A DNA stretch of 64,000 bases. Source: an uncultured virus (IMG/VR IMGVR_UViG_3300008267_000055). Lineage: Duplodnaviria; Heunggongvirae; Uroviricota; Caudoviricetes. Positions 17,946 to 27,444 of this stretch are shown one piece after another. The DNA is taken from the IMG/VR virus record IMGVR_UViG_3300008267_000055; one strand, 5' to 3'. The notes beneath the pieces are model-generated. The model was not told the origin of the DNA, did no database searches, and was given only the letters and a program-made list of their open reading frames with translations. The translations under genes and the position numbers were made by a program. Numbering within the stretch: position 1 is the stretch's first letter; every line of letters starts with the position of its first letter.

Positions 17946-18059
17946 GGGGCCTCCTGCTACGAATTTGTTACGCGGGGTCGATGGATGGTGTGATCTTAGC
18001 CAAGATTAGGGTGCATGATCAGCGTAGAACCCGTCGATGTGTAGCAGTTGTGCTCAGTG

Positions 18060-18473
18060 TTACGCTGGGGTCGCAGAAGGCGCGGTGCTCGGCACGTTGA
18101 TCTGGTAGTCCTGCGCCACGGGGCTTTGCGTCGTAATAAACGCTAGGTGCATCATCAGTTTGCCAGACACCGTGTCGTAGATAACGGCGTTGTTGAACGA
18201 GAAGGTAGCACTAGTCCACAAAACTGCAGACGGCGTGAAGTAGGAGGCGGTGCTATTGGCAGTGGGCGTGATTGTAGTCGCCTCGCCGCCTGCCGTGTAG
18301 CCACCGCTTGCTGCAATCTGAAAGCCGCTCACGTCAGACCACGCGGTGTGCGACGCCGTGTAGCTGCCGCTGCTGTTGAGCAGGGCAATCTTGAACGAAC
18401 TAGTCGTGCTGTTGAGGTTGCCCAAGAACATCTGCTGCGCGGCAGAGGGGTACCACTTGGCCGTGATTGACAT
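18060..18473 (-). CDS. Putative virion structural protein (paralog of 15347..15826)
   Basis: WYPS..QMFLGNLN....FKIALL..GGYTAGG pattern. Confidence 0.65.
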   Translation of the reverse strand: MSITAKWYPSAAQQMFLGNLNSTTSSFKIALLNSSGSYTASHTAWSDVSGFQIAASGGYTAGGEATTITPTANSTASYFTPSAVLWTSATFSFNNAVIYDTVSGKLMMHLAFITTQSPVAQDYQINVPSTAPSATPA

Positions 18474-18497
18474 GTTGGCTCCTCGCGGTCTTCAGCG

Positions 18498-18848
18498 TCA
18501 GTTGAGAGGAGGGAATGGGTGCTGCGGTACCCCCATTGGGGAGGGGCTCTCAGGAGTCAGCGAAAGTTCAGGCGGGTTTTCGTGGTCGACGGCACCCGCG
18601 AACTCCGGCAGCGTCTTGAGGTAGGCGTAGCTCGCGGGGAACACGTCGTGAGCCACCGTACCCAAGATCGTGCCGTGCTCCTCGGTCCAGATGGGCTCCG
18701 CCCCCGCCATGCGGTCGTCAAAGCTGGAGTAGGTGATGACGTAGACGTAGGCGTCGCTCTTGTCGCACCTCGTCTGGAGGATGCGACTGTACGCCTCGGG
18801 GTAGTTGACGCCGTTCAGAGTAAAATTGCGAACAAGGGCCATGGTCAA
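18498..18848 (-). CDS. Fibre-associated small protein (possible tail-fibre assembly chaperone)
   Basis: C-terminal YAYLKTLPEFAGAVD motif typical of small proteins next to phage fibres; start may be 18842. Confidence 0.6.
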   Translation of the reverse strand: MTMALVRNFTLNGVNYPEAYSRILQTRCDKSDAYVYVITYSSFDDRMAGAEPIWTEEHGTILGTVAHDVFPASYAYLKTLPEFAGAVDHENPPELSLTPESPSPMGVPQHPFPPLN

Positions 18849-18853
18849 TCCTT

Positions 18854-21424
18854 TCAGGCAGCAGCGGCGCCACCGATGTAGAGAGAAGAGCCCGCGTTGA
18901 AAGTAAGATCGCCACCGTAGCGCATCTGGCCCTTCTGCGTGGTGTTGTTGCTCGTCTTGACTGTACCAGAGACGACCACGTTGCCCTCGCCCAGAACCTT
19001 GCCGCTAGAGCCGCCGGTGGCTGGGTAGGTGCTCGTCATACACTCAACCGTGCCATTGCTGGCCACGGTGATAGCACTGCTCAGGGACGCGTTGCTGTTC
19101 GTAGCCTCAACTCGGAGAGTGCCGTTGTTGACAGAGGTAGTGCCTGAATAACTCAAGGCACCCTGCAGAACCCACTTGCCTGCGCCGTCCTTGACAAGGG
19201 TGGTAGTCCCAGACTGGTCAAGCAGAGCAGACTCAATCGTGTTTGGGTTCGTGTTAGAGCCCTGCAGCGTGATCGTTTTAGTGCCTGTCCCCAAAAGCGC
19301 AGTAGCAAACGTAACATCGCCCGTGCCTGAGGCATCAAGCTTGGGACTACTGCCGTTGAGGCGCACACTGCGAGTGGTGCGTGCAGTGACGCCCGTGTAC
19401 TTGAGTGTACCCGAGACCTCTACGATGGGAGCCAGCGCGCCAGTGCCCCAAGTGGCATTCGATCCAGAGTTGGCGACACTACCAATCGTCAGCGTGCCCG
19501 CATTGACGGTGACCAACCCTGTGAAGGTGTTGGCATCTTCTGTGAGCTCAAGCTCACCATCACCGTTCTTGGTGATGCCAAAGGCACCCGAAATAACGCC
19601 GGCACCCTGCGGAGACAGGGTCAGCTTGCTACCGGCGTCAACGGTGAAGGCCGCAGTGCCTGCAAGCGTGATACCCAGCGTCTGCAAGATGTTATTGCCA
19701 ACCGACACGATGGGGTTGGTGGCGTGGATAGTGAAGTTGGTACCAGACTTGTTGTAGGTACCCCCAGCCGTCAACAAGATCTGGCCCGTACCAGATGTCG
19801 TCACGCCCGAGGAAGTCGCCGCACCCAACCCGGTGACGTGTTGCACCTCAAGCACGCCAGTGCTGACGGTAATGGACCCCGACAGGTTGTTGGTGCCAGC
19901 GAAGACAAGCGGCCCCGTCAGCGTCTTAGAGATCGACAGAATACCCTGATCCTGTTCCTGTACGATATTACCCTGAATAGTGGTCGTGGCAGGGTTCGTG
20001 CCGACGAATGACAAGGTGCTAGCGGCAGAAGAAGTACCCGCGGCACCATATCTGCGGATGGACGTTGCGGCCACGAACGTAGTCGGGGCTGTGCCGGTGT
20101 TCTGTACCTCAAAAGTGTGTCCTGTCGTGCTCTGTGACGAGTACAAGTACAGCGAGCCTTGCATCGTAGTAGGGCTACCGGGTGCCCAGCTCATGCGGCT
20201 GATGCGCGTCGCAGATGTAGTCGTGTAGTAGAAAGACCCCAAGACATCAGCTGCCGCCGGCAAATTGGAACCAAAGCTGAAAACTGGCGATGGTATGGTA
20301 TTATCTACAATGACGGCTACTGTGCCTGGGAACTGTGCGATATTCGACGATGCTCCCATGGAGACCGTGACGTTCATGTTGTTCTGCAAGCCCGCATAGG
20401 AGCCCGTCACAGTCAGGGGTCTGTTCTCCGTAAAAGCGGTTGCGCCATAGTATACAAGCGTACCCGAGGTGTTACCTGTGAAGTTGAATCCCGTAACATT
20501 AGGCAGCAAGTTGGTGCTGCCGGAGTTGTAAACTCCTGTGTAAAGGCCACCCTGCTCGATGTCAACTGTGCCGCTAAGGGTGCTGGACCTGCGGACAACA
20601 AAAGACCCGATACCCGACTTGATAAATCCGTTGGTGCCTGTTAGTCCGCCATTCGACTCAGTATAGCTCGCAAAAGCTAGGGTGCGCTTAGTTGCTCCAA
20701 GAATAATAACAGACTGAATACCGAAGCTCCCACCGCTTGAACCGAGATCGACTCGGTTGCTGCTGATAGTCAAATCTTGCGTCAAGTCTCCCAAAAACTG
20801 AGCATCAGTCGTGCTGGGAAAGATGTAGACGCCTTCCCCTGCCACAGTAATGTTGGCGTTGGCGAGTACTGCGGCGCCGCTTGGGATCAAAATCGACAAG
20901 CCAGTGCGCTCACCAAGAATCAGGCGGCCTGTGAATGAGTTCAACGTGGCCGTTGTTCTCAGTGCAATGTATGCTTTGAACGCATTTTCAGTTGGGTGAG
21001 CATTCTCAATGGTCCAGTTGCTAGTGCCTGACACGCGATTCGCCTGAAAACCCAGAGCCCCGGGCCCTGCAGCATCTGAGTTGTACAGGATGAACGTGCG
21101 GGGCGACCCGCCTAGGGCAAACTGCCCATTAGAGCCTACGTTGAACAACCGATTGTTGGTCGTAGTTTGCTCAAACGCAGTGGCCCCGTTGAAGGTGATG
21201 GCTGTACCTGCGGTAGTCGGGTTCCACGTGATGGCGCCCGCAGCACCTTCAATCAGCAGTCCACTAATGCTCAGAGCACCGGTCAGCGTGGCGTTCAACG
21301 AGTTGGAAACAAATTTTGCGATGTCACCCGTGCCGGGTGCGGTCGCAGGCTGTACACCGTCTACCAACCACGCGGTGTTGGTATTGAGCGTGGCAATCGT
21401 GGGAGCTTTGACGTAAATCGCCAT
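18854..21424 (-). CDS. Beta-helical adhesin-like protein with at least 4 PATR repeats
   Basis: FIKSGIGSF..SGTVDIEQGGL, ISKTLTGPL..SGSITVSTGVL, ITKNGDGELEL..NTFTGLVTVNAGTL, LVKDGAGKWVL..YSGTTSVNNGTL. Confidence 0.85.
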   Translation of the reverse strand: MAIYVKAPTIATLNTNTAWLVDGVQPATAPGTGDIAKFVSNSLNATLTGALSISGLLIEGAAGAITWNPTTAGTAITFNGATAFEQTTTNNRLFNVGSNGQFALGGSPRTFILYNSDAAGPGALGFQANRVSGTSNWTIENAHPTENAFKAYIALRTTATLNSFTGRLILGERTGLSILIPSGAAVLANANITVAGEGVYIFPSTTDAQFLGDLTQDLTISSNRVDLGSSGGSFGIQSVIILGATKRTLAFASYTESNGGLTGTNGFIKSGIGSFVVRRSSTLSGTVDIEQGGLYTGVYNSGSTNLLPNVTGFNFTGNTSGTLVYYGATAFTENRPLTVTGSYAGLQNNMNVTVSMGASSNIAQFPGTVAVIVDNTIPSPVFSFGSNLPAAADVLGSFYYTTTSATRISRMSWAPGSPTTMQGSLYLYSSQSTTGHTFEVQNTGTAPTTFVAATSIRRYGAAGTSSAASTLSFVGTNPATTTIQGNIVQEQDQGILSISKTLTGPLVFAGTNNLSGSITVSTGVLEVQHVTGLGAATSSGVTTSGTGQILLTAGGTYNKSGTNFTIHATNPIVSVGNNILQTLGITLAGTAAFTVDAGSKLTLSPQGAGVISGAFGITKNGDGELELTEDANTFTGLVTVNAGTLTIGSVANSGSNATWGTGALAPIVEVSGTLKYTGVTARTTRSVRLNGSSPKLDASGTGDVTFATALLGTGTKTITLQGSNTNPNTIESALLDQSGTTTLVKDGAGKWVLQGALSYSGTTSVNNGTLRVEATNSNASLSSAITVASNGTVECMTSTYPATGGSSGKVLGEGNVVVSGTVKTSNNTTQKGQMRYGGDLTFNAGSSLYIGGAAAA

Positions 21425-21434
21425 GGTGCGCCTC

Positions 21435-24400
21435 TCAGGTCAGGGTGACAGACACGATGGTCGGAGCCGTGCCCGATGAAGTGATGGATGTGGTGTACAG
21501 TCCGGCTTCGCTGATGACCGTCAGGTTAGCAAGCCCCGTGACCGCGCCCGTCACCTCAAACAGCTCGTAGGTACCATCGGTCGCGTAGAGCGAGGCGTCC
21601 AGATACAGCGTAGTCGCACCGCTAAAGGTCAGGTCGCCTTCGACAAACTGCTTGCCGATGGTGAGCGTGGTCGGGACAGGCGAGCCACCCGGCGCTGTGG
21701 GCGGGTAGATGACGCCGGGCGCGCCAGACTTCAAGCGCATGACGACGTGCGACTTGTGCGGCTTGTCCTGGACGACCTCGACGAAACAAAGCGGCAGCTG
21801 CGTCGCGTCGATGATGAGGTTTGACAGCTGCGCCGGGTTCGGGAAGCTGCCGTACTGAAACAGCACGTAGTTGCCGCCGATGGGGTAGATGCCGGGGTCG
21901 AGCACGACCGTGGTCGGACCAGTGATAGCCAGCGCCCCGTCGACGTACTGCGTGCCCTCGTAGCTGTCGCCCGTCAGCGACCACGACCACGACCCGCCAG
22001 CCAGTGTCAGGTCAGGCCCGTTCCAAGAAACTTGGATGGGATGACGCGGAATGGCGTCCTCGCTGGTTCCGCTGCCGTCAACCGCCGTGGGCGTGAAGGC
22101 GAGGCTCACTGCGGCGTTCGTCGCAGTGCCGATTGCGTTCGTCGCAGTGACTGTGACGATCTTGTCCGTGGTAAGAACGGCGATCGCGTCTTCGCTAGTA
22201 CCCAACGCATTCGTAGCCACTAGGGCGTAAGCGATGAGGACAGGCGCGTCGGCCACTGTGCCAAGCGCGTGCACAGCGCTCGGCGTGTGGGCCGAGGCCA
22301 CGGCGGCGTCAGCCACTGTTCCCACCGCATCTGAGGCTGCCGGTGTCACCGAGTCGGTGACGGCGACCAGTACCGCCTCGCTCGTGCCGAGGGCGTTCGT
22401 CGCGCCCGGCGTCACCACCTTGGTGGCGGCGACAATGGCGTCGGCCACCGTGCCAAGGGCGTCGGTGGCCGCAGGTACGTACACCATGACCACCTGTGCC
22501 GCAGCCACAGTACCGAGAGCGTTGTTCGTCGCCGGCGTGACAACGCTGCCAATAGCTACAACCACGTCCTCGCTAGTACCAAGCGCTGCGCTTGTCCCAG
22601 GAGCGACGCTCAGGAAGGTCTCGGGGATGGCGGCAGTTCCAACGGCGTCCGCGACGCCCGGAATAAAGCTGGCGCTCACAGCAACGATAGCGTTCTCGCT
22701 GGTGCCGAGCGCGTCAGACGCAGGCGGAGTAACTGCGCTGCTGACCGCGATAAGCGCAGGCTCGCTGGTGCCAAGCGCGTCACTCGTGCCGGGAGCAACG
22801 CTCGTGTAGACCGCAGGGGTGACCACAGTTCCAACGGCGTCCGATGCATCCGGAGTGGAGCTATCGCTAACAGCGACGAGCGCGTTTGTGCTGGTACCGA
22901 GTGCTGCGAAAGCCGTCGGGGTGAAGCGATCACTGACAATGACGACGACCGCAGTGGCCTCCGTACCCACGGCGTCACTGACACTAGGTACCAAGGCCAC
23001 GCTCGTAGCAGGCACTGCGTCAGCCACGGTGCCGAGAGCGTTCGAGGTGCTCGGGGCAACGCTCAGGGCGACGAGGGCGCTGGCCGAGGTTCCGGCCGCG
23101 TCCTGCGCCGTGGGCTCGACGCTCACCACAACGAAGGCGCTTGCCGACGTACCGTCTGCATCAGAGGAGCTTGGGACAGTGGCTACCGCAACCAGTGCGT
23201 TGGCCGCCGTCCCAACAGCGTCGACCGCGTCGAGGGTCACCACGTCAGAGACATAGACGAGGCGCTGGAGGAGGTGCAGCACAACTTGCGTGTTCGCAGT
23301 GTCGTCCGTCAGGGCTGCGGCGAACAGGTTCGGCACGGCGGACGTGTCGATCGTGACGTACGTGTCGAGGCTGGCTTGGCCGCCAGAGAAAGACCCGTAG
23401 TCGAAGAGGACGTAGCTGCCGGGGGTCGCGAACGCCGTAGCGTTGAGTACGATCCGCGTCGGGCCTACGAAGACCAGCGCCCCCTCAACCGTCTGGGTGA
23501 CGTTGACGAAGGTGCCTTCCTCGCCCGAGGCCCCAACGGCGTCAACGGCGACAGGTGTGAACGCTGTGCTGATGCCAACGCCGGGGGTGGCTTCCGTACC
23601 AAGCGCGTCGGAGACACTCGGAATAAACGAGACCACCGCCACGGACGTCGAAGAGGTCCCGAGGGCATCGGCGACTTCAGGCACGACGAAGTCGGAAACG
23701 TGGACGGTCGGAGTCGAGGACGTTCCGAGGGCGGGCTCACTGGAAGGCGTAACCCAGTCGCCGATGATGACCACCGGGTAGGTCGCGGTACCCTTGGCAT
23801 CCATCGTGCTCGGGGTGTAAATCTTGGAGATCGAGATATTCGCTGCGGCCGAGGTGCCAATAGCGTCAAAGATCTCGGGGGTAACCCTGTCGGAAACGTG
23901 AGCTGTAACCTCTGAGGCCGTTCCGACGGCGTTCGAGGCTTCAGGAGTGAAGCTGTCAGAGACCACCACGAGGGCATCCTCAAACATACCCTCTGCGTCG
24001 GTAGCTCCGGGGGTGACTCGCACCGAGACAGAAACCGTCGTGTCAGAAACGGTGCCGACTGCGTCGGAGGTCTCGGGGGTCGCGTAGTCGGAGATCGAGA
24101 TTACGGCGTCGACAGACGTACCGACGGCTGCGGTAGTCGAGGGCGAGAACGCATCGTCGACCATCGGGATGGCCGGCTCAGAAGTACCGAGTGCGTCAGA
24201 AGCGGAGACCGTAAAGGTCTTCGAGGTGACTGAGGTTGCATCCTCCGACGTACCGATCGCGTCAAAAACGGTGGGCGTGAAGACCTCAGAGATCGAAACC
24301 TGTGCGTCAGAGCTCGTTCCAACGCCGTCGTGGGTGCCGGCCGGCGTGAAGCTATCCGACACGACGACCGAGGTCTCAGAAGCAGTCCCAAGGGCATCCT

Positions 24401-26543
24401 GCACGGCGGGAATAAACGAGATAACTGCGGAAACGCTCGCGCTCGTGCCGATAGCGTCCTCAGTTGTGGGCTCGAAGGTATCCGACACCGTCACGAGAGC
24501 ATCCGCCGAGGTACCGACGGCGGCGAGCGCCTCCGGCACGAAGAACAGACTTACCAGTGCATCAGTCGCCACTCCAAGCGCGTCGGACGTACTCGGACTG
24601 AGCGCGCTTCCAACCAGAGCATCCGTCGACGTGCCGACAGCGTCGGTAATATCGGGCGTAACCACGTCGGAGACGTGAACAGAAGGCGTTGCCGAAGTAC
24701 CGAGCGCCGGGTAGCTCTCGGGGGTTACTGCGTCGCCTATGATGACCGCTGGGTACGAAACGGTGCCTACGGCGTTGGCCGTCGTGACCTGGAACACGTC
24801 AGAGACGTGAACCGCAGGCGTGGCCGCCGTCCCCGAAGCGTCAGCTGCCGTAAGGGTGGGAGCGAGCGCAACGCTAGCATCAGTGCTCGTGCCGATGGCA
24901 TTGACCGCATCGGGCGTTACGGAATCCGAAACGTGTGCGGTTGCTCCGGCTGCCGTGCCAACGGCGTCGGACACCGTGGGCGCGAAGGAAGCCGCCACAA
25001 GGGCGCCCGAGGCCGTGCCGACTGCGTCAGCCGCATCGGGCTCGTAGACGTCAGAGACGTGCACCGTGGGCGAGGTAGAGGTGCCGAGTGCGTCTGTCGT
25101 GCCCGGCACGAGGGCCGAGCCTACCTGAATGTTAGATACCGTACCGACGGCGTCGGAGACCTCTACCGTAACTGCGTCAGAGACGTGAACAGTCGGGCTG
25201 GCAGACGTGCCGGCCGCAGACTCGCTAGAGGGCGTGATCCAATCGCCGATAATAACGACTGGGTAAGACTCTGTTCCTCTAGCGTGGGCCGCCTCAGGTC
25301 GGAAGACGTCTGAGACGTGTACGGTGGCGATGGATTCCGTCCCGAGGGCTGCCGCAGCCAAGGGAGAGTAGGCAACGCTCGGCAGCGTTGTAGCTTCGGT
25401 ACCGACTGCGTCGCTTGCCTGCGGGGAGAGACCAGAGGCCACCAAGGCATCAGCCGAGGTTCCGACGGCCGCTGTGGTCGCAGGGGTGAAGCTGTCAGAG
25501 ACGTGAACCAAGCGCTGCAGCAGGCGCAGGAACACACGCCCCGTGACCGGGTCGTCGGTCAGGGCGGCGACGAAGAAGTCCGGGACGGCGGAGGTGTCGA
25601 TCGTGACGTACGTGTCGAGGTCGCTCTGACCGCCGGGGAACGAGCCTGGTGTGTACCGGAAGAGGTCGTACTCGCCCGGGGTCGCGAAGGCAGCCGCCCC
25701 CAAGACGATGCGGGTAGGCCCTGCAAACAGCAGGGTACCCTCAACCGTCTGGGTGACGTTGATGAAAAGACCTTCCTCGCCCGAAGCCCCCACAGCGGCT
25801 GTAGTGGTGGGCGAAACCGCAAGGGCAATCAGGGGCACGGCCGCCGTACCGGTGGCATCGCTAGTCTCGGGCGAGACTGCGACGATGGCCCTAGCCAAGG
25901 CGGAGGTGCCGATAGCGTCTGCGACGGTAGTGTCGAACGAATCGGAAACGTGAACCGTGGCGTAGGCAACGGTCCCTACGGCGGGCTCGCTAGAGGGCGT
26001 GATCCAATCGCCAATAATAACGATCGGGTAGACCACACTACCCTTGGCGTCTACTGTTGCAGGCACCACGAAGTCTGAGACTGAGATAAAGACGTTCGAA
26101 ACTGTGCCGAGCGCGAAGGCAACGTCAGGCGTGAAGGTGTCAGAAACTACGACCTGAGCCTGAGCAGAAGACCCGATTGCGTCCGAGGCGTCGGGAGTGA
26201 CCACGTCAGAGACGTGAACCGTCAGCTCCGAGGGTGCGCCTACTGCGTCAGAAACCTCAGGAACGCTGACGTCGGAGACGTGTACCGTCGGAGAGGCAGA
26301 CGTGCCGATGGCGGGGGAGGCCTGCGGCGAAAAGGTATCGATGATACTTATGACGGGCGTTACGGAGGTTCCGATTGCCCCAAAGGCCTCAGGGACGAGG
26401 CCGTCATTGACGACGACCATCGGACGACCTACGGACGTACCAATCGCGTCTGCTGCAACAGGCGTAACCGTGGCATTCAGTGGAAGAATGCCGCCCGAAA
26501 AATACCAAAGTTTTCTAGGCCACCGCCATCCGCGCAAAAACAT
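21435..26543 (-). CDS. Giant repetitive fibre/stalk protein (dozens of about 22-26-aa P...DA[VL]GT repeats plus four about 70-90-aa inserted modules)
   Basis: 1702-aa ORF, Ala/Val/Thr/Ser-rich, recurrent TP.ASDAVGT...VHVSD units; GAGGTG RBS. Confidence 0.85.
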   Translation of the reverse strand: MFLRGWRWPRKLWYFSGGILPLNATVTPVAADAIGTSVGRPMVVVNDGLVPEAFGAIGTSVTPVISIIDTFSPQASPAIGTSASPTVHVSDVSVPEVSDAVGAPSELTVHVSDVVTPDASDAIGSSAQAQVVVSDTFTPDVAFALGTVSNVFISVSDFVVPATVDAKGSVVYPIVIIGDWITPSSEPAVGTVAYATVHVSDSFDTTVADAIGTSALARAIVAVSPETSDATGTAAVPLIALAVSPTTTAAVGASGEEGLFINVTQTVEGTLLFAGPTRIVLGAAAFATPGEYDLFRYTPGSFPGGQSDLDTYVTIDTSAVPDFFVAALTDDPVTGRVFLRLLQRLVHVSDSFTPATTAAVGTSADALVASGLSPQASDAVGTEATTLPSVAYSPLAAAALGTESIATVHVSDVFRPEAAHARGTESYPVVIIGDWITPSSESAAGTSASPTVHVSDAVTVEVSDAVGTVSNIQVGSALVPGTTDALGTSTSPTVHVSDVYEPDAADAVGTASGALVAASFAPTVSDAVGTAAGATAHVSDSVTPDAVNAIGTSTDASVALAPTLTAADASGTAATPAVHVSDVFQVTTANAVGTVSYPAVIIGDAVTPESYPALGTSATPSVHVSDVVTPDITDAVGTSTDALVGSALSPSTSDALGVATDALVSLFFVPEALAAVGTSADALVTVSDTFEPTTEDAIGTSASVSAVISFIPAVQDALGTASETSVVVSDSFTPAGTHDGVGTSSDAQVSISEVFTPTVFDAIGTSEDATSVTSKTFTVSASDALGTSEPAIPMVDDAFSPSTTAAVGTSVDAVISISDYATPETSDAVGTVSDTTVSVSVRVTPGATDAEGMFEDALVVVSDSFTPEASNAVGTASEVTAHVSDRVTPEIFDAIGTSAAANISISKIYTPSTMDAKGTATYPVVIIGDWVTPSSEPALGTSSTPTVHVSDFVVPEVADALGTSSTSVAVVSFIPSVSDALGTEATPGVGISTAFTPVAVDAVGASGEEGTFVNVTQTVEGALVFVGPTRIVLNATAFATPGSYVLFDYGSFSGGQASLDTYVTIDTSAVPNLFAAALTDDTANTQVVLHLLQRLVYVSDVVTLDAVDAVGTAANALVAVATVPSSSDADGTSASAFVVVSVEPTAQDAAGTSASALVALSVAPSTSNALGTVADAVPATSVALVPSVSDAVGTEATAVVVIVSDRFTPTAFAALGTSTNALVAVSDSSTPDASDAVGTVVTPAVYTSVAPGTSDALGTSEPALIAVSSAVTPPASDALGTSENAIVAVSASFIPGVADAVGTAAIPETFLSVAPGTSAALGTSEDVVVAIGSVVTPATNNALGTVAAAQVVMVYVPAATDALGTVADAIVAATKVVTPGATNALGTSEAVLVAVTDSVTPAASDAVGTVADAAVASAHTPSAVHALGTVADAPVLIAYALVATNALGTSEDAIAVLTTDKIVTVTATNAIGTATNAAVSLAFTPTAVDGSGTSEDAIPRHPIQVSWNGPDLTLAGGSWSWSLTGDSYEGTQYVDGALAITGPTTVVLDPGIYPIGGNYVLFQYGSFPNPAQLSNLIIDATQLPLCFVEVVQDKPHKSHVVMRLKSGAPGVIYPPTAPGGSPVPTTLTIGKQFVEGDLTFSGATTLYLDASLYATDGTYELFEVTGAVTGLANLTVISEAGLYTTSITSSGTAPTIVSVTLT

Positions 26544-26551
26544 GGCTCACC

Positions 26552-27346
26552 TCAGGCGAAGTCGTACTCAAGCTCGACGATCAGGTCGGTACCGGCGGGT
26601 TGCGCCGGTACGTCGAGGACAACTTGGAGGGTGCTAGCAATTGTCAGGTCGATAGGCCCAACCGACTGCGTGCTGTAACCAGCCGCTAAGGTCGAAATCG
26701 TGATCGGAGCTCCAACCAAGGAGTTGTTCACGAGCAGGCCAAGGGCGCCCCCTGCGACCGGGACACCGGACTTCGTGTAGAGGTGAACCGCCGTGATCTG
26801 GCGGGCCCGCTTCCACGCAGGGTAGAGAACGTAGGTGCCGCCCGCGATCAGAAAATCGCTGACGTCCATCGAGACGTGGCCGTGGCCCGGGTGCCCAGCG
26901 TTGGTCGAGGAGGGCGTACCGGCGTGGTCCCACTGCACACTCAGCGTGATATTGGTGGCGCTGTAGTTGTACACGACGAACTGGTCGTACTCGCCCTGCG
27001 AGTAGCAAGGGCCTCGCGGCGTCACGATCGCCCGGCGAGGGCCGTCGTACACGTCATGAGCGCTCTTCCCAAAGAAGAGGAAGTTGTCCGCGAACGGGTC
27101 AGAGACGTTCAGGACGACGACGTTGCGGTAGGTGTAGCCAGAGGGGGTGTACTGATCGCCGTCTTCGTAGGGATTGGTGGACTCCGCCCAAGTCCCACCA
27201 ATTCCGCCAGGTCCGAAAACCACCATCTGATCAGGCTCGATCGTACCCGTCCACTCGTGGGGGTCGATCTCAGCAGAGGCGGAAGCAAACTGCTTCGAGG
27301 GGTAGTAGGACCGCCCAAAGCGGATCGTCGAAGTAGGCGATGACAT
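26552..27346 (-). CDS. Hypothetical structural protein (beta-rich)
   Basis: ORF in the fibre cluster; start placed at ATG 27346 after GAGGG. Confidence 0.65.
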   Translation of the reverse strand: MSSPTSTIRFGRSYYPSKQFASASAEIDPHEWTGTIEPDQMVVFGPGGIGGTWAESTNPYEDGDQYTPSGYTYRNVVVLNVSDPFADNFLFFGKSAHDVYDGPRRAIVTPRGPCYSQGEYDQFVVYNYSATNITLSVQWDHAGTPSSTNAGHPGHGHVSMDVSDFLIAGGTYVLYPAWKRARQITAVHLYTKSGVPVAGGALGLLVNNSLVGAPITISTLAAGYSTQSVGPIDLTIASTLQVVLDVPAQPAGTDLIVELEYDFA

Positions 27347-27444
27347 AATCCCTCGCTTGGCGTGTGGCGGATACATGAATGCCACGCGGGTGGCGTGGCA
27401 TCCAATCTCATGGGTTCAAACTAAGGCCACTCAATGAGTGCAGC

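Noticed and set aside
21220..21232. GTTCCACGTG half-match to parS
   Set aside because: Palindrome incomplete and inside a coding region
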